From Rhynchobatus australiae (Eukaryota), in contig JAUZTB010000071.1 of the NCBI GenBank assembly GCA_034780895.1, positions 27,388,997-27,452,996 of the forward strand: DNA of 64,000 nucleotides, in the 5' to 3' direction. The notes below the pieces were generated by a model. The model did no database searches and had not been told where the DNA came from. It saw only the letters and a program-made list of their open reading frames with translations. Position numbers and translations under genes: made by a program. Shown here in pieces: positions 51,442-64,000 of the stretch (position 1 is the stretch's first letter; each line of letters starts with the position of its first letter).

Positions 51442-54084
51442 GTAGGTTTCCTTTTTAATTCATACTTTTTGCGGTAGTGTCAAGTAGAAATATAAGCTAT
51501 TTCCCTTTATAGCAAATTAAGGTAAGCACTATTGATACAACTAGTGCTGTTTTGGGTGACTACAGGATCAATGTTTGGACATGTTTATAACTTGCATCTA
51601 CAGTTATGAATTTGCAACTTCCAGCATCAGGTTTCACAGGTGGTGCAAGTGAATCCAAGTGGAACTTGGGGAGCTATAAAATCAATTGGACAAAAGATAT
51701 TGGTATTGAAATAGTGAATTATGTTGAGAGGTCCATGGCTTGAAAATTAGTCTGCTGTGACAAAAGCCTGCTAAATGTGCGATCCACATTTGAAAGACCA
51801 TTGATTTTTAAAAAAAATCTGTTGTATATGAAGCCCAAAGCATCTTGTGCAGTAGATCAGACTTCACATACAATTCCTTCTAACTTAAATGACACCTACC
51901 TGCAGCCATTTCTAAGATCTGGATTCCATGGGCTGAGAACTGCTTGAGGACATGTACAAGTGAATTTTCAGATGTGCATTATATGCTGTTGGGTGCCAAT
52001 GCACATGTGGGTAAAGTCTCAGTGCATCTGCATGTCATTTGAATGGATGACTGGAGCAAAGTCATGAACTTTTTGTATTGGTGCAATGAATGGGTGTCAG
52101 CACCTCCTGTCCATGGTTCCCACATTGGCTTCATCAGCCACCTCAGAACCCGCTACACCCAAGTGGCAACCAGTCATCCTTGATCCCAGGGGGATTGCCT
52201 AAGAAGAAGAGATGTTCTAATAAAGATTCATTATGTTGAGAACATTGCACTACATTTCAGTATTTCCATCTCCTGGGCATTTAGTAGAACTGTTGCTCTT
52301 TTGAATAAGTAAATAGAATGTTGTATTTTTCAGTGTGTTTACAAGGTGGGATCTTTGGTGTCAATAACTTAATAAATATAGGGACTGCAGCCTTAAAGAG
52401 TTAACTTCTAGAGTGCAGATTTTCAACAGTCACATGGCCCAGAATTCTGGAATTGCCCTCAAAGTACAGGGAACACAGTATTAAACCTGCACTATAATTG
52501 TGTTGTCTTATTCTGGAATCTTAGTGTAGCATTCAGAAATTATGGTTTTATTATATAGTTACATGTGATGGATGATTCTAGCAACATTACGTTTTAATGT
52601 GGTTCCCCAACTTGTAGCCTCTTTCAGGATGCTTCTCAGATAAAGCATTACTCTCTGTATATTGAATCTACAGGAGTAATTGTGGTTAAAATAAAACTTA
52701 TTTTAATTAGATACAAAGATAAATCTTAAAAAATTAATTGGTTACAACTTTACACGAAATGTGAGGAAACTTGTTTTAATAGGCAATTTAACATAACTTT
52801 GTGACAATTACTGTCATTAATANNNNNNNNNNNNNNNNNNNNNNNNNNNNNNNNNNNNNNNNNNNNNNNNNNNNNNNNNNNNNNNNNNNNNNNNNNNNNN
52901 NNNNNNNNNNNNNNNNNNNNNNNNNNNNNNNNNNNNNNNNNNNNNNNNNNNNNNNNNNNNNNNNNNNNNNNNNNNNNNNNNNNNNNNNNNNNNNNNNNNN
53001 NNNNNNNNNNNNNNNNNNNNNNNNNNNNNNNNNNNNNNNNNNNNNNNNNNNNNNNNNNNNNNNNNNNNNNNNNNNNNAATCACTTTGAAGCTGCAGTTAT
53101 AAATGTGAAATTGGTTACGCTCCATTTGTAATGCTTTGATGAAATCTGATTTCTGTCCAAGTGTGTGCTGTATTTAAATCCCCCAGACTGAACAATTGGG
53201 AATACAGGAATAGAATTAGGCCATTCTACCTTTTGAGCTTATTGCATCGTACTTAGGTCATGAATAATCTGTATCTCAATAATATCAATTTGCATTGGCT
53301 CGGTACCCCTTAACCGTCATAGATAATGAATATCTACAAGTTTCAGCTTTGAAATTTTCTTTAGACCCCCCCTCCCCACCACCCCTTCAGTCTCAAGTTG
53401 CAGATTTCTAGTAACCTTTGTGTGAAGAAATGCTTACCACCATTGCCCTACATAGCCTCGCCCAGTGATTGAACTTGTTCCCTTGCCTCCTTAAGCAGAG
53501 GAAACACTTTTTAATCCCGTCTTCATAATTTAACCTGAAGGCATAGAAATTGTTCTACTGTTGATGTGTTCAGCTGAACAGAAAATCATGTATCTAGGCT
53601 GGCCCTGTGTTCACATGCTTCTAATTCTTCACTCTTGTGGCCTTGTATCCTTGTCCCTATAATTTCTCTAGCCTTGCAACCGGTTTCCATCCCACCACAG
53701 TTCTGGCTCTTGTGTCTCATACACTTCTGCCTTGTTTCCACGCTTGGCAGTTCTATTAAAAACCGAAGATGCAGGAAGAACTCAGCAAGTCTGGCACCAT
53801 GTGTGGAGAGGGAAACAGAATTAATTGTACCAGTTTGGTGACTTTTCACTGGTGGTTGGGACTTGTCCTTGTTCCCTAGTTGGACATCTGGTTTCTACCT
53901 TGTTAGCTAGGAAAACTGATCTTCCAAGCAACATAGTACAATTCACCTTGTGGCTTTGCTTGATAGAAAATCAAGGAAAGAATTTTACTGGAAACAGTTT
54001 GTTAGTAGTTGTCATCTTTTTGTTGTTTATTTGCAATCTCTATTCTGTTGTTATTTCCGAGCAGTTGCAGCAGAGAAATGAGGC

Positions 54085-54360
54085 ATTTGTCCTTGCAGCT
54101 CCTACCACTCAGGTTCAATCCTGACATCTGGTGCTATTTATGTGCACACTCTCCCTGTTTCCTCCACTCTGGGTTTCCAGTGTCCCAAATGGTTGGTAGC
54201 TTAATTGGCTACAGTAATTTGCCCTTGGTGTAGGTGGGAGAATCTGGGAGGAGCTGATGGGAATTTGGAACAAAAAGGGATTAGTGTAGGTGGGTACTTG
54301 GTAGTTGCCATAGATAGGGTGGGTCAAAGGGCCATTTCTATGCAATAGGACTCCATGACC
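54085..54360 (+). mobile_element. V-SINE-like element with CR1-derived tail
   Basis: caggttcaatcctgacatctggtgct (B box), core ggtagcttaattggctacagtaatttgcccttggtgtaggtg, tail gggtcaaagggccatttctatgc. A related copy lies at ~60990-61320. Confidence 0.65.
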
Positions 54361-56199
54361 ACATAATAGGTGGTTAAATATTTGGAATAGTGTGCCTCTT
54401 ATACTGAGCATTATTTGTGTTTTCTTGAAGCATCGATGAGAAAATGGTCAGTAAACTGAGTTATGTATGTCCTTGAAAACCATAATTATTCATCTTAAAA
54501 CTATTGTTCTTGTAGATACAGAGCATAATCACAGGTTTGTAAATATTGTAAGTAATCTAGTCTTTACAAATATGAATGTTATAAAGGAGTTTTAAGAGTC
54601 AGTACAATTGAACTACCAGAATGCATATTGGTAAGTAATTAGAGATGATCCTACCATACTCGACTAATTCATTCCTGATGCATGGTCCCAACTATGCACC
54701 TTCTGATTAATGTATTTCTTTATACAGAAATGGAGCAGGAGGGTAACAGTTGGCTGAAACTAAACTGATTACTGCTCAACACGTGCCCCTTGTACAGGTT
54801 TAATAACGGGACATGCCAGGGAAGGATAAAGAAGGGTGGTTGTTCTTTGGTTATCTATGGAAGTTGAGTTGTTCAGTTTTTCCTGACTCTGAATTAATGT
54901 ATATCAGTAAGAATTGTGGGTAACCCAACTGCTTAGTGGTAGAAGGACTTCATTAAGTCATAGCCCAGAGTTCCAAATTATTCTGTCTTGAAACATTCAC
55001 CAGCTATCTTGCTATAATTTGTCTCAGTGCCCTAAGTTATAAAGGGTGAAGGAGTGATTCCTCTTTTTGTTCACTTCTCATTACTTGTGGGGGGGGGAAA
55101 TGAATGGATGCTGGCATCAAATTTCTTCTGTAGTATGTGAAGTCTGCAGTTTGGGAACTTGCTCAAGGCAATTACCTGGGGAAAGTAAAAGGGATGCAGC
55201 ATTTGCTCAAATAACTGAGATTGAAGACAAGGGGGGCTATAAATTGAGTGTAAGATTACTGGGCAGGTTCTTCCACCTGTAGCCTAACTTCATGTGGTGT
55301 GATTGCAGCTGCTGTGNNNNNNNNNNNNNNNNNNNNNNNNNNNNNNNNNNNNNNNNNNNNNNNNNNNNNNNNNNNNNNNNNNNNNNNTTACTATCCAGTG
55401 ACATGTTCTGAAGCTCTTGTCGTAATTGGCTACTGAAAATCTAATGCTAATTGAACTCCTTTTAATCACCAACCACCCGTCTCTTGTTCAAAACAAAAAT
55501 CAACATGGAAGTCTAGTGTCATCCTTTTAGTTCAATATGTAATCAAATCGATGGACATCTGCTTGGGCAGACTGAACACACTACAATACTTGTAACCTGT
55601 CTTGACATTCTACATTGACTTGCTGTTGCATTGGAATTTTATTGATGTAGAGCAGTCTGTTTCCTGAAAATTAAAATCTGAACAATGTTCAAATTTTAGC
55701 ATTCTGTGAATAAGTCTGCACATTACATTTCTTTCTTGTTGCTCATTTTTTTCTCCAAACACAAAATGTCTCTCTCAACGTCGGTCTCATTACTTCGGTG
55801 TGCTGCATGTTGCTGCCATCTGTTCAAAGATGCAGTGAGGCAGCTGCTGACCTCTTTCCATTGGGTGAAGTTTGGTTGTCGCATCTTGGGAATGGGGAAG
55901 AGCAAGTGGTACTTGATATTATTAGGGTCCTTTGTGTAGGAGCATGTGTTGCTATTTACAAGGCTGATGGGAGAGGTGCTGCATTGGGGGGGGCACGTGA
56001 ACAAGGGTAGGGCTGGGGGAGGGGGGTAAGTGATGTACAAATGGTCAGAAATTTTTAATGAATTTTAAAGTAAGTTTTTAAAATTTGAATCACACTTGAT
56101 CTTTCAGTTAGGCTCTCAGCAATAACCTTGCAGTCTTGATTTCAACCATTTAAATTATAAACTGCGACTTCCATTTACCTCATGACAGCTGTTGGTAAC

Positions 56200-56580
56200 A
56201 GAACATAGAACAGTACAGCACAGGAATAGGCCCTTTCAGCCCAAGATCTCTGACAACTGCGATACCAAATGAAACTAGTCCCATTTTCCTGCACATGATC
56301 CATATCCCTCCATCCTTCATGTTGTTGTTTGTCTAAATGCCTCTTAAATGGCACTGTCGTGTCTGCTTCCACCACCACCCTTGGCAGCGTGTTCTAGGCA
56401 CTCACCACTCTCTATCAAAAAAAACCTTGCTCCTGCACGTCTCCCTTAAACTTCCCCTTCTGATCTTAAAGCTATCTCTCTAGTGTTTGCCATTTCTACC
56501 CTGAGATAATTTTATAAATTTCTATCAGGTCTCCTCTCAGCCTCCATTCCAGAGAAAACAACCCAAGTCTGTCTAACCTC
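56200..56580 (-). mobile_element. CR1 LINE 3' end
   Basis: Minus ORF MVVEADTTVPFKRHLD and a typical 3' UTR tgggctgaaagggcctattcctgtgctgtactgttctatgttct. Confidence 0.8.
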
Positions 56581-56769
56581 TATTACTATTGCCGATTATG
56601 CCTTCTAAATCCATCTGTTGTTTCTTTGATTAATTCATGTCCATCGACCTTGGCTTACATTTTCATTCCTTTTGTTATTTTCAGCTCTCCTGTCCACCAC
56701 CTTATCCTTGCCCTTGCCTTTTGTTGTTTGCAGTTGCCCAGTATCTGAAGATTAGATTTGAACACACAT

Positions 56770-57060
56770 GTTTAAGACAACACACCAGTGCAGTACTGAG
56801 GGAATGTTCTACCATCAGATGTGCCGTCTTTCTGATGAGATATTATATTAGGACCTTATCTGCTCTCTAACCATGGACACAAAGGGTCAATGATACTTGC
56901 AAAGAGGAGGAGGGGAGCTATTCCTACTGGATAGGCCAATGTTTATCTCTTAGTTAGCCTTGTGTTTTTTAAAAATAAAATCTGGTTATGATCATCTTGT
57001 TCTATTTGTGGGAGGTTGCTGTGCCTGCATCCACATTTTACAAGCCCATCAGTGGCTGTA
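56770..57060 (+). mobile_element. DeuSINE (SacSINE1/AmnSINE-type) fragment
   Basis: cagtgcagtactgagggaatg...gtgccgtctttctgatgagatatt...tctgctctct...ggccaatgtttatc...tttgtgggaggttgctgtgc matches the Deu core as I recall it. Confidence 0.7.
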
Positions 57061-57809
57061 AAATGTTCCCCCCACCTCCAAGTAAATATTTATCTTTATT
57101 CAGTTCTAATTAAAAGTCATCAGCCTGAGGCATTAATGATTTTGTTGGTGTACGGCAGTCCAACCTAAATATTTCCAGCCGTTTTGGACTTTGTTTTAAA
57201 AGGGTGGTGAGAGAGAGTGGTGACCAGGGACTTACCATGGAGGGGATCCAAGTTGGATGAGGGAGAGAAGGTTGTGGCTGCACAGCTTTGTAGATTTGCA
57301 GGCTTGTACTGAAAAATATGATCCAATAACATGCAGGTTAAGCAGGCTGTGTCAGTAAACGGTGATCAGTTAGGAGCTGTGCATAGCTTTTGAAATGTTA
57401 TGTGTGTCCTTGTCATTAATTCAGCTAAAGAGTCTGCGTTCAAAGTAACAACTATCCCTGTCTGTTTAAAAATGTTGCCGGTACCCTAATTATAACACTA
57501 TTTAATTTTCAGATTTCTAACTTCAGTTTTGTTTTTGCTAAACATTAAGCTTTTATGCAGCTAACTGAGGGAAACTTGTTAACTTAATAAGGGAAAATTT
57601 AACACCATCTAAGCGTGTCTTAATATTTTAAGCATATTTTAACAACTTGAATATTTCATGCCAGGCAATTTTTTTCAATAACAAGAGACAGAGTATAAGA
57701 GTTGGACATNNNNNNNNNNNNNNNNNNNNNNNNNNNNNNNNNNNNNNNNNNNNNNNNNNNNNNNNNNNNNNNNNNNNNNNNNNNNNNNNNNNNNNNNNNN
57801 NNNNNNNNN

Positions 57810-58360
57810 GGACATCTTACAGTAGCACAAACTTGGTTGGGTCACACTTGGAGCGTTGTGTGCAGTTCTGGACACCACACTCACGATAGGAAGGGCATGG
57901 TTCAGCTAAAGCATGCAGAAAAGATTCACAAGTATGTTGCCTGAATTTGTGGGGTTTGGGTTATCAGGAGAGATTAGATAGGCTAAGCCTGTTTTCCCTG
58001 GAGCGGCTGTCAGGTGACAGAGGTATATAAAATTTGGAAGGCATAGATAGGGTAGATAGCCAGTGTCTCATGATAGGGATGTCTAAAACGAGAGGGCATT
58101 TGGTTTAATGTGAGGGGGAGGAGGTTTAAAGGAGATCTGAGGCATAATTCTTTCACAATAGTCAGTATCTGGAATAGGGGGCTGGAGGAGGCAATGCAGG
58201 AGCAATAATGACATTTAAAAGGGACCTTGACAGGTACTTAAGTGATCAGGGCATAGAAAGATATGAATTTAATGTAGACAAGTGGGATTAGTGAAAATAG
58301 ACATGACAGTTGGTAAAAACGCAATGGGCCAAAGGGCTTGTTTCTATGCTGTACAACTCT
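57810..58360 (+). mobile_element. CR1 LINE 3' fragment
   Basis: HLERCVQFWTPH remnant; 3' UTR atgggccaaagggcttgtttctatgctgtac. Confidence 0.8.
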
Positions 58361-59822
58361 GACTCTGTGTTCATTGTAGCAATGGGTGCATTAGATTGGG
58401 TTTGAGAATGGCGTTCAGTTACTGAAACTGTACAAGATCACCTTGTGCTTAAGGGTGTGGTATATAGTTTTCTTCTGCTCTATTCATGCAGCTGTCTGTT
58501 CCTCTGAATCGTGCTCTGTATCAGCCTCTTGTTGCGCTGCATACAAATTGATTGAATGTTGATTCTGGCAGGGGCTTTCAACGTTCCCAGTTTGATTTAT
58601 TATTTGAGCAATGTTGTTGTTGCCTTAACCCCCAGAAACGATGCTTAGAGTTGTAGCAAAAAAGAAGCCTAGTTAATTTCTCAGGGTAACAATATCCATA
58701 AAACTATTAATTCATCCATTAGGATTTGTGTTGAACAGTGGTAATATCTCCGTTTAGATTGTCTGGTGTTTAATTACTCTAGCTCTGCAAGCACCAATAT
58801 TTTGTTTTAATTAGAGCTGATGCATTTTTGTAGCATTCATTATTATCCTTGTAGCTGTGTTTGTCCATTTCTCAGTAGCTTTTGGTATGTTTAATTGAAT
58901 AGGCTATGTGCTTCCTTTCTCTTCCTGTGCCTTCCCCTCTCCCTTCACCCCCACCACTTGTAAGATATCTCAGGGATGGGGGCGTGAAGAAAGACCCCCA
59001 TGTTGCGTATATATTTCTGTATGACAGCAGAAATTGGCCCTTGACCTCAATGGTCCACTGTGACAAGATCATTCAGCCTGTGCAATAATCATTCATAGCC
59101 CTGAGAGAAATCTAGACAAACCTGTCCTCAGTAAATGATAGTGTGGAATTGTATTATCCAGGGAACACTGATGTCATTGATTTAGTTAAGCACATAACGT
59201 TGAACAAGATGCATACTCTTAATATTAACAAGAAAGGAATGTTGAATCAAAATGTTCTTCCTAATTTGTTCTGGTGTGTAATGACGCAGTGTGACGTAAT
59301 GTGCATGCAAATGGACCACAATACCAGCTTCAATCACTGGTCTCAGTTCGTCAGCTACTGTCAGACAGGGTTCACCTGGGCACTAAACTAAGTGGCAGAG
59401 AGAGAAAACTATTTGGTGTCCTTGTTAGTTATAGGTGGCTGGGCGGTCTGTGTATATCACTTTGTGAAATGGCTAACACTCAATCTTTTGGACTAAATGT
59501 TGATAAGTGCTATGGAAATTACACTTAGTCACCTTTCTTTGTTAGCCTGTAGAACAATTAGATCAGGAGCATTAATGTGGCATATTCAAGGTTTGAGGTT
59601 GGGTATTGTCTTGAGGTGTTGCCTGGTGGATGTTTAAGAGACTATTGGCAAGCTCTTTTGTGAAGTGGTTTGCTCTGTGGCCTTTCTGTGTCCAGTTGCA
59701 TGTGGGATTGAAATCTATTTTCTAACAGTGGGTGAAATGGCTGCTTCTCCCTTGGGTCACCTGGCATCAGTTGTCTGCTTGCACTGACCTGACAAAATGA
59801 AAAGNNNNNNNNNNNNNNNNNN

Positions 59823-60010
59823 ACTGCAGATGCTGGAATCTGCAGCAAAAGAACAGACTGCTGGTCAGGCAGCATCTATGGAGGGAAATGGACAGTCGAC
59901 TGAGATGAAGATAAGTCCAGATGAAGGGTCTCAATCTGAAATGTTAACTGTCTATTTCCCTGCACAGATGCTGCCTGACCCACTGAGTTCCTCCAGTAGT
60001 TTGTTTTTTG
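59823..60010. mobile_element. Fold-back Penelope-derived short element
   Basis: Left arm ggtcaggcagcatctatggagggaaatggacagtcgac pairs with right arm gttaactgtctatttccctgcacagatgctgcctgacc; a hammerhead-like motif lies between them. Confidence 0.8.
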
Positions 60011-60989
60011 CTTTGAAAAGTTGGTGGTATTGGATTGGCTTCCTAGAGGGCACTTTGATTGAAATTGAGGGTGTTGGGCTTTATTGAGAGGGCTAGATGT
60101 ATGGGTTTGGGCAAGTGTTACATTGACCAAGCTGTGCATTTTCTCTGCAGACCTGAAGATGTATGATACCAAACAGGGTCATTGGTTCACCAGTCAGAAT
60201 TATTTTCCAAGTCAATAAGACAGTCTGAAACTGTTGTTAACATGGGAATTGACAATCTTTATATGACAAATTTAACTCTTCCGGAGTTAATCCTTTGTGA
60301 TTGACTATGAAGACTATGTTCTTAAGGGAGGTTAAATCAATTCTCCATTTTTAAATGTTTCTTCTCTTTGCCCTTAGAGCTTTGACTGTTCTAATTAGCC
60401 CCAGATCTGTTCCCCATTCTTTTCTGCACTTCCTGTTTGAATTTTTATCTCATCCCTTCAGTCATTCCACAGTTCAGCTTCTTAGGACTATAGTCAATGG
60501 TTCCACTTTTATCTAATTGTACCAGCACTTTGATTTCAAACCCTTCTCTCACTTGTTTCAATTGTTCCATCTCAGCTTGCAACTCCTGATCTGCAGACAT
60601 GGCATCAGCATCCATGTCTGCTGCTGATAACTGATGCTTCCTTTCAACTTCTCCACTGTTGGCAGCTAGTTTGTATTCAATACAGGTTTTTGGCTAAGTT
60701 ATAACGTACGTCAAGATAAAGGTCCCTACCACAGATTCCATTTCCATTTCACTGACTCTAGCCTCCCGGTTCACTTCCACAAGCCGAAACCAAGTGTTGG
60801 GACCTTCTGTCCCCACTGCTACAAGCTGACAGTCTGATTTCTGGCCTCTCCATTACAAGTTCATTTCCTTTCACCTCTGTAACATTGCTTGCCTTTGATC
60901 CTATCTTGCCTTCAGAGAAGCTACCTTGCTGTGATCCATTGAAGATCATCCTTTGAATAAAACTTTTAAAATTATTCTGACAATCTAAT

Positions 60990-61320
60990 CAGCGACTTGG
61001 AGGCAAAGCCTTGGAGCTCCAGTCACCTTGGTTTGATGCTGGTCTTGCGTGTTTTATGTGCAGACTTGCTTGTTCTGCCCAAGCCCATGTGAGTTTTCTC
61101 TGGGTGCTTTCCACCCACATCCCAATTTCATGCTGTTCAGTTAATTGGTAACTGTAAATTGCCCCTGATGTAGGTATGTGGCAAAGAATCAAAGGGAATT
61201 TGATGGAGTGTGAAAAATAACAAGCCGCACGGCTACAGGAGGAAAGTGAAGGAGAATGAGTCTGGGATTTCAGTGAGAGCTATCATGGACTTGATGGTCT
61301 AAATGCCCTTGTGTTGTCAC
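60990..61320 (+). mobile_element. Decayed V-SINE-like element
   Basis: catgtgagttttctctgggtgctttccacccacatccc...gttaattggtaactgtaaattgcccctgatgtagg core. Confidence 0.6.
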
Positions 61321-64000
61321 AAGTAACCAAGCTGTGTGCCTTACCATATTGTGCCTCAATTACCCTGCTGTTCTATTGACTAGGATTACATTCTCTATCC
61401 CCTCTCCTCAGCAACTTTAGCAGTAGAACTGTGGACAAGCTATGTTTTTGTTTTCTCCAGTACTTCAAACTTGATGTGGTTAAATTTTTTTCATGATTTC
61501 ATGCCTCCCTTCCTCAAGCCTCTTCAAGATTGCCCTTCATCCTCACTCCATCCCGAAGTCCTGCTCCTATTCTTACACGATTTTTGTTGAATGCCCTTGT
61601 GATTTTACAGTTGAGCCTGGATTAGTCTCTACTCACCCTCTCATGACTGTCAGATGTGAGAGAGAGAGAAATGTCTGATTAATCTCTATCATGCAGGCTC
61701 CCTTGAATGCCTTCACCTCTATGCCAAAAGGCTATGTCCTTAAATTATTGTATCTTTAGCATAATGTTCCTTGTGAAATGCCTTACTATAATATTCAACA
61801 TTGAAGACACTCTGTCAATGTATATAGTTAGTTTAATAAGATGTACAAATTGTATTATGCTTCTAGGCAATTTTTTTTTCCCCACATGAAGGAAGCACTG
61901 ATTTGAAAATGGGAAAAATGACGTTGGAGTATTGAGCAGAGCACGAGTCAAGGCCACCAAGTGGCAGATAGCGTTATGTGCAGCCGGTGCTTAACCTACT
62001 GCAGTTGTGGTTTCTGGCATTCTTTATGTACGCAATGCAGATCTGAATCAGTCCTCAGACTGAGGAACTTTCCAACATAATCCTGCTTATCCTCTTTTTA
62101 GCTAAGGTTTTAATGTATCGTCTCATGGTAAACTATAATTAAAATTGACTTTGCAAGCCTTCAGAATGATGACCACTGATAAATGTTAAATGTGGCAGCT
62201 GCAGGTGTTTTATCCTTCTCTCTGCTGTGATTAATTGTAGTGAAATGTGCTGGTCTCTTTCCCTGAAACTGGCAGACAGTTGCCCATCTGTGTGGAAAAA
62301 TAATGAATCCTGTACCCTCCAGCCCAACAATGAGGGTTTAGTAACTGGCCTGGTAATGGTTTTGAATCTGCATGTCCTTTTGTTGCTGTCATGCACTCGC
62401 ACTTGATTACCTCGTGTTGAGTGACATTATATTTTCCAACTGTCTCTTAAAGCTGTATCTGCTTATTAGATAGTGCTAATGATGTGAACTATATGTCATG
62501 GACGAGATTATCCCTTTGGGACAATGATCAGTCCTGTTGGAGCACTGCTGGGTGCATCTATTCCTTCTGTTATTTCGTTTTTTTTGTATCTGGTCTCTAA
62601 ACCTGACTACCTCAATCCTTGAGCTTAATATTTATTTTAACTTTCCATTGGCCATCTCCCCTCATAAAATATCAATCTCTCATTGCTGAAAACTGATAGA
62701 AACTGGTTATACTTTCTCAGTAACGTGCACCAAAAGGAAAACCTGTATTTAGATCTTTGTGTGCTTTGCATATTATGACAGCTTTGAATCATTGTATCGC
62801 ATAAAGCTACACTCCAAAATCCTGTCTACCAAGTGAAGAAACTGAAATATTTCAAGGAGGGAGCAAATTTTAGTTTAAATGTTGGATTCCTTCATCAGCA
62901 TCTCTATTATTTGCAGCCTTTACAACAACCTACCATCAGTTGATCATTTGTGAGGTTGTGATATTTATAAGGTGGGTTTTTAACCAAAAAAAACACTTGC
63001 CTCAATTCAACTTTGCCCTGAATCAATGGTCAGTATTGAATAGATGTTCAGGATATAACCCTAAATTAATGTGCTGTTAATTCAAAGAATATTTATGATT
63101 TCAAAATCTTTAATCCTACTGTCCTTGAATATTTCATTAGAAACAGCATCCAAGTGTGCTCACACGATAGCTAATATGCCAAACTATTATAAACCAAGAA
63201 TCTTCTGGTGTTTTTCTGTTCTTCGTATTAGCTGAACTCAGCCCAGGGATAATTTGANNNNNNNNNNNNNNNNNNNNNNNNNNNNNNNNNNNNNNNNNNN
63301 NNNNNNNNNNNNNNNNNNNNNNNNNNNNNNNNNNNNNNNNNNNNNNNNNNNNNNNNNAAAATATGACTTTGTAGAAAAGGAAATCTGTCTAGTTCCCATC
63401 TATCATGTAAATTAAAAAAAAATTGAACTTCATACTGCCATGAAAAGCTGCTGAGATGATGAATCTCCAGTGACCACCAATAACTTTAATGCCCAGTGGA
63501 ACTCCAGCCAGTGAAGGTTTTTATTGAATTGCATTTCATTGAAGTAACTTCTGCCTTACATGAGCTGCTTGGTGCTCTCCTTTACCAATACTGCCTCAAA
63601 GGCAAATGTTTGTCACTACTGTTGATGCTCATATTTGCTTGAAATCAGTAATTAGTTTGAAAGCAGAGCAGTTCTGGTGAAGTTTGAACTTGATATCAGA
63701 CAATAGGTTGTAGGTTGTTTCAGAGCATTTGATATTTCCTTTCTGACAACGGGGAGGAATGATCGGTCTTGGGCCAGCTGAGTTATTCACGTACCTCTGC
63801 CAGCAAATGTAAATTGGAGGGGTTGGCATCGAGTCGATTATTTAGAGTTGGTCTTGCCGCCATCAGCTGAAAGAGGCACAGTCTAGGAACTATGACCTTC
63901 AAAGCTTGGCAAACTTGATCGTTGGTTCTGCTGAGTATCTCTTGGTGCTGGATGCTGGTCCCTGATCCAGAGTATTATTGTGTATTGCTGTCCTCTGTAA

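Noticed and set aside
57500-57560. ttttcag acceptor as possible NSF exon 5
   Set aside because: The required phase gives an immediate stop (GAT TTC TAA) and there is no NSF similarity.

Overview
Vertebrate genomic DNA, AT-rich and repeat-dense, with many N gaps. The repeat complement (CR1, Rex1/Babar-like, L2, Penelope, V-SINE- and Deu-type SINEs) suggests a cartilaginous fish; this is an inference. The only host gene I can support is the 5' part of NSF (N-ethylmaleimide-sensitive factor, vesicle-fusing ATPase) on the + strand. It has a CpG-island promoter at ~6.9-7.6 kb and four coding exons (7294-7305, 21947-22032, 43619-43718, 51402-51441) that splice in frame with GT-AG boundaries to give [79 protein letters not shown]. 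Exon 5 was not found. Almost all ORFs in the track are spurious or transposon remnants. I see no convincing novel multi-gene system. The best second-look items are: minimal hammerhead-ribozyme motifs in a Penelope element and its short fold-back derivatives; a perfect RE1/NRSE consensus in NSF intron 2; a CRE plus UPRE/CREB3 motif cluster in the promoter; a competing exon-1 donor that would turn the start codon into a uORF; a candidate 31-nt poison exon; and a microhomology-bounded templated insertion next to the exon-4 acceptor. Repeat boundaries are approximate and were read by eye.
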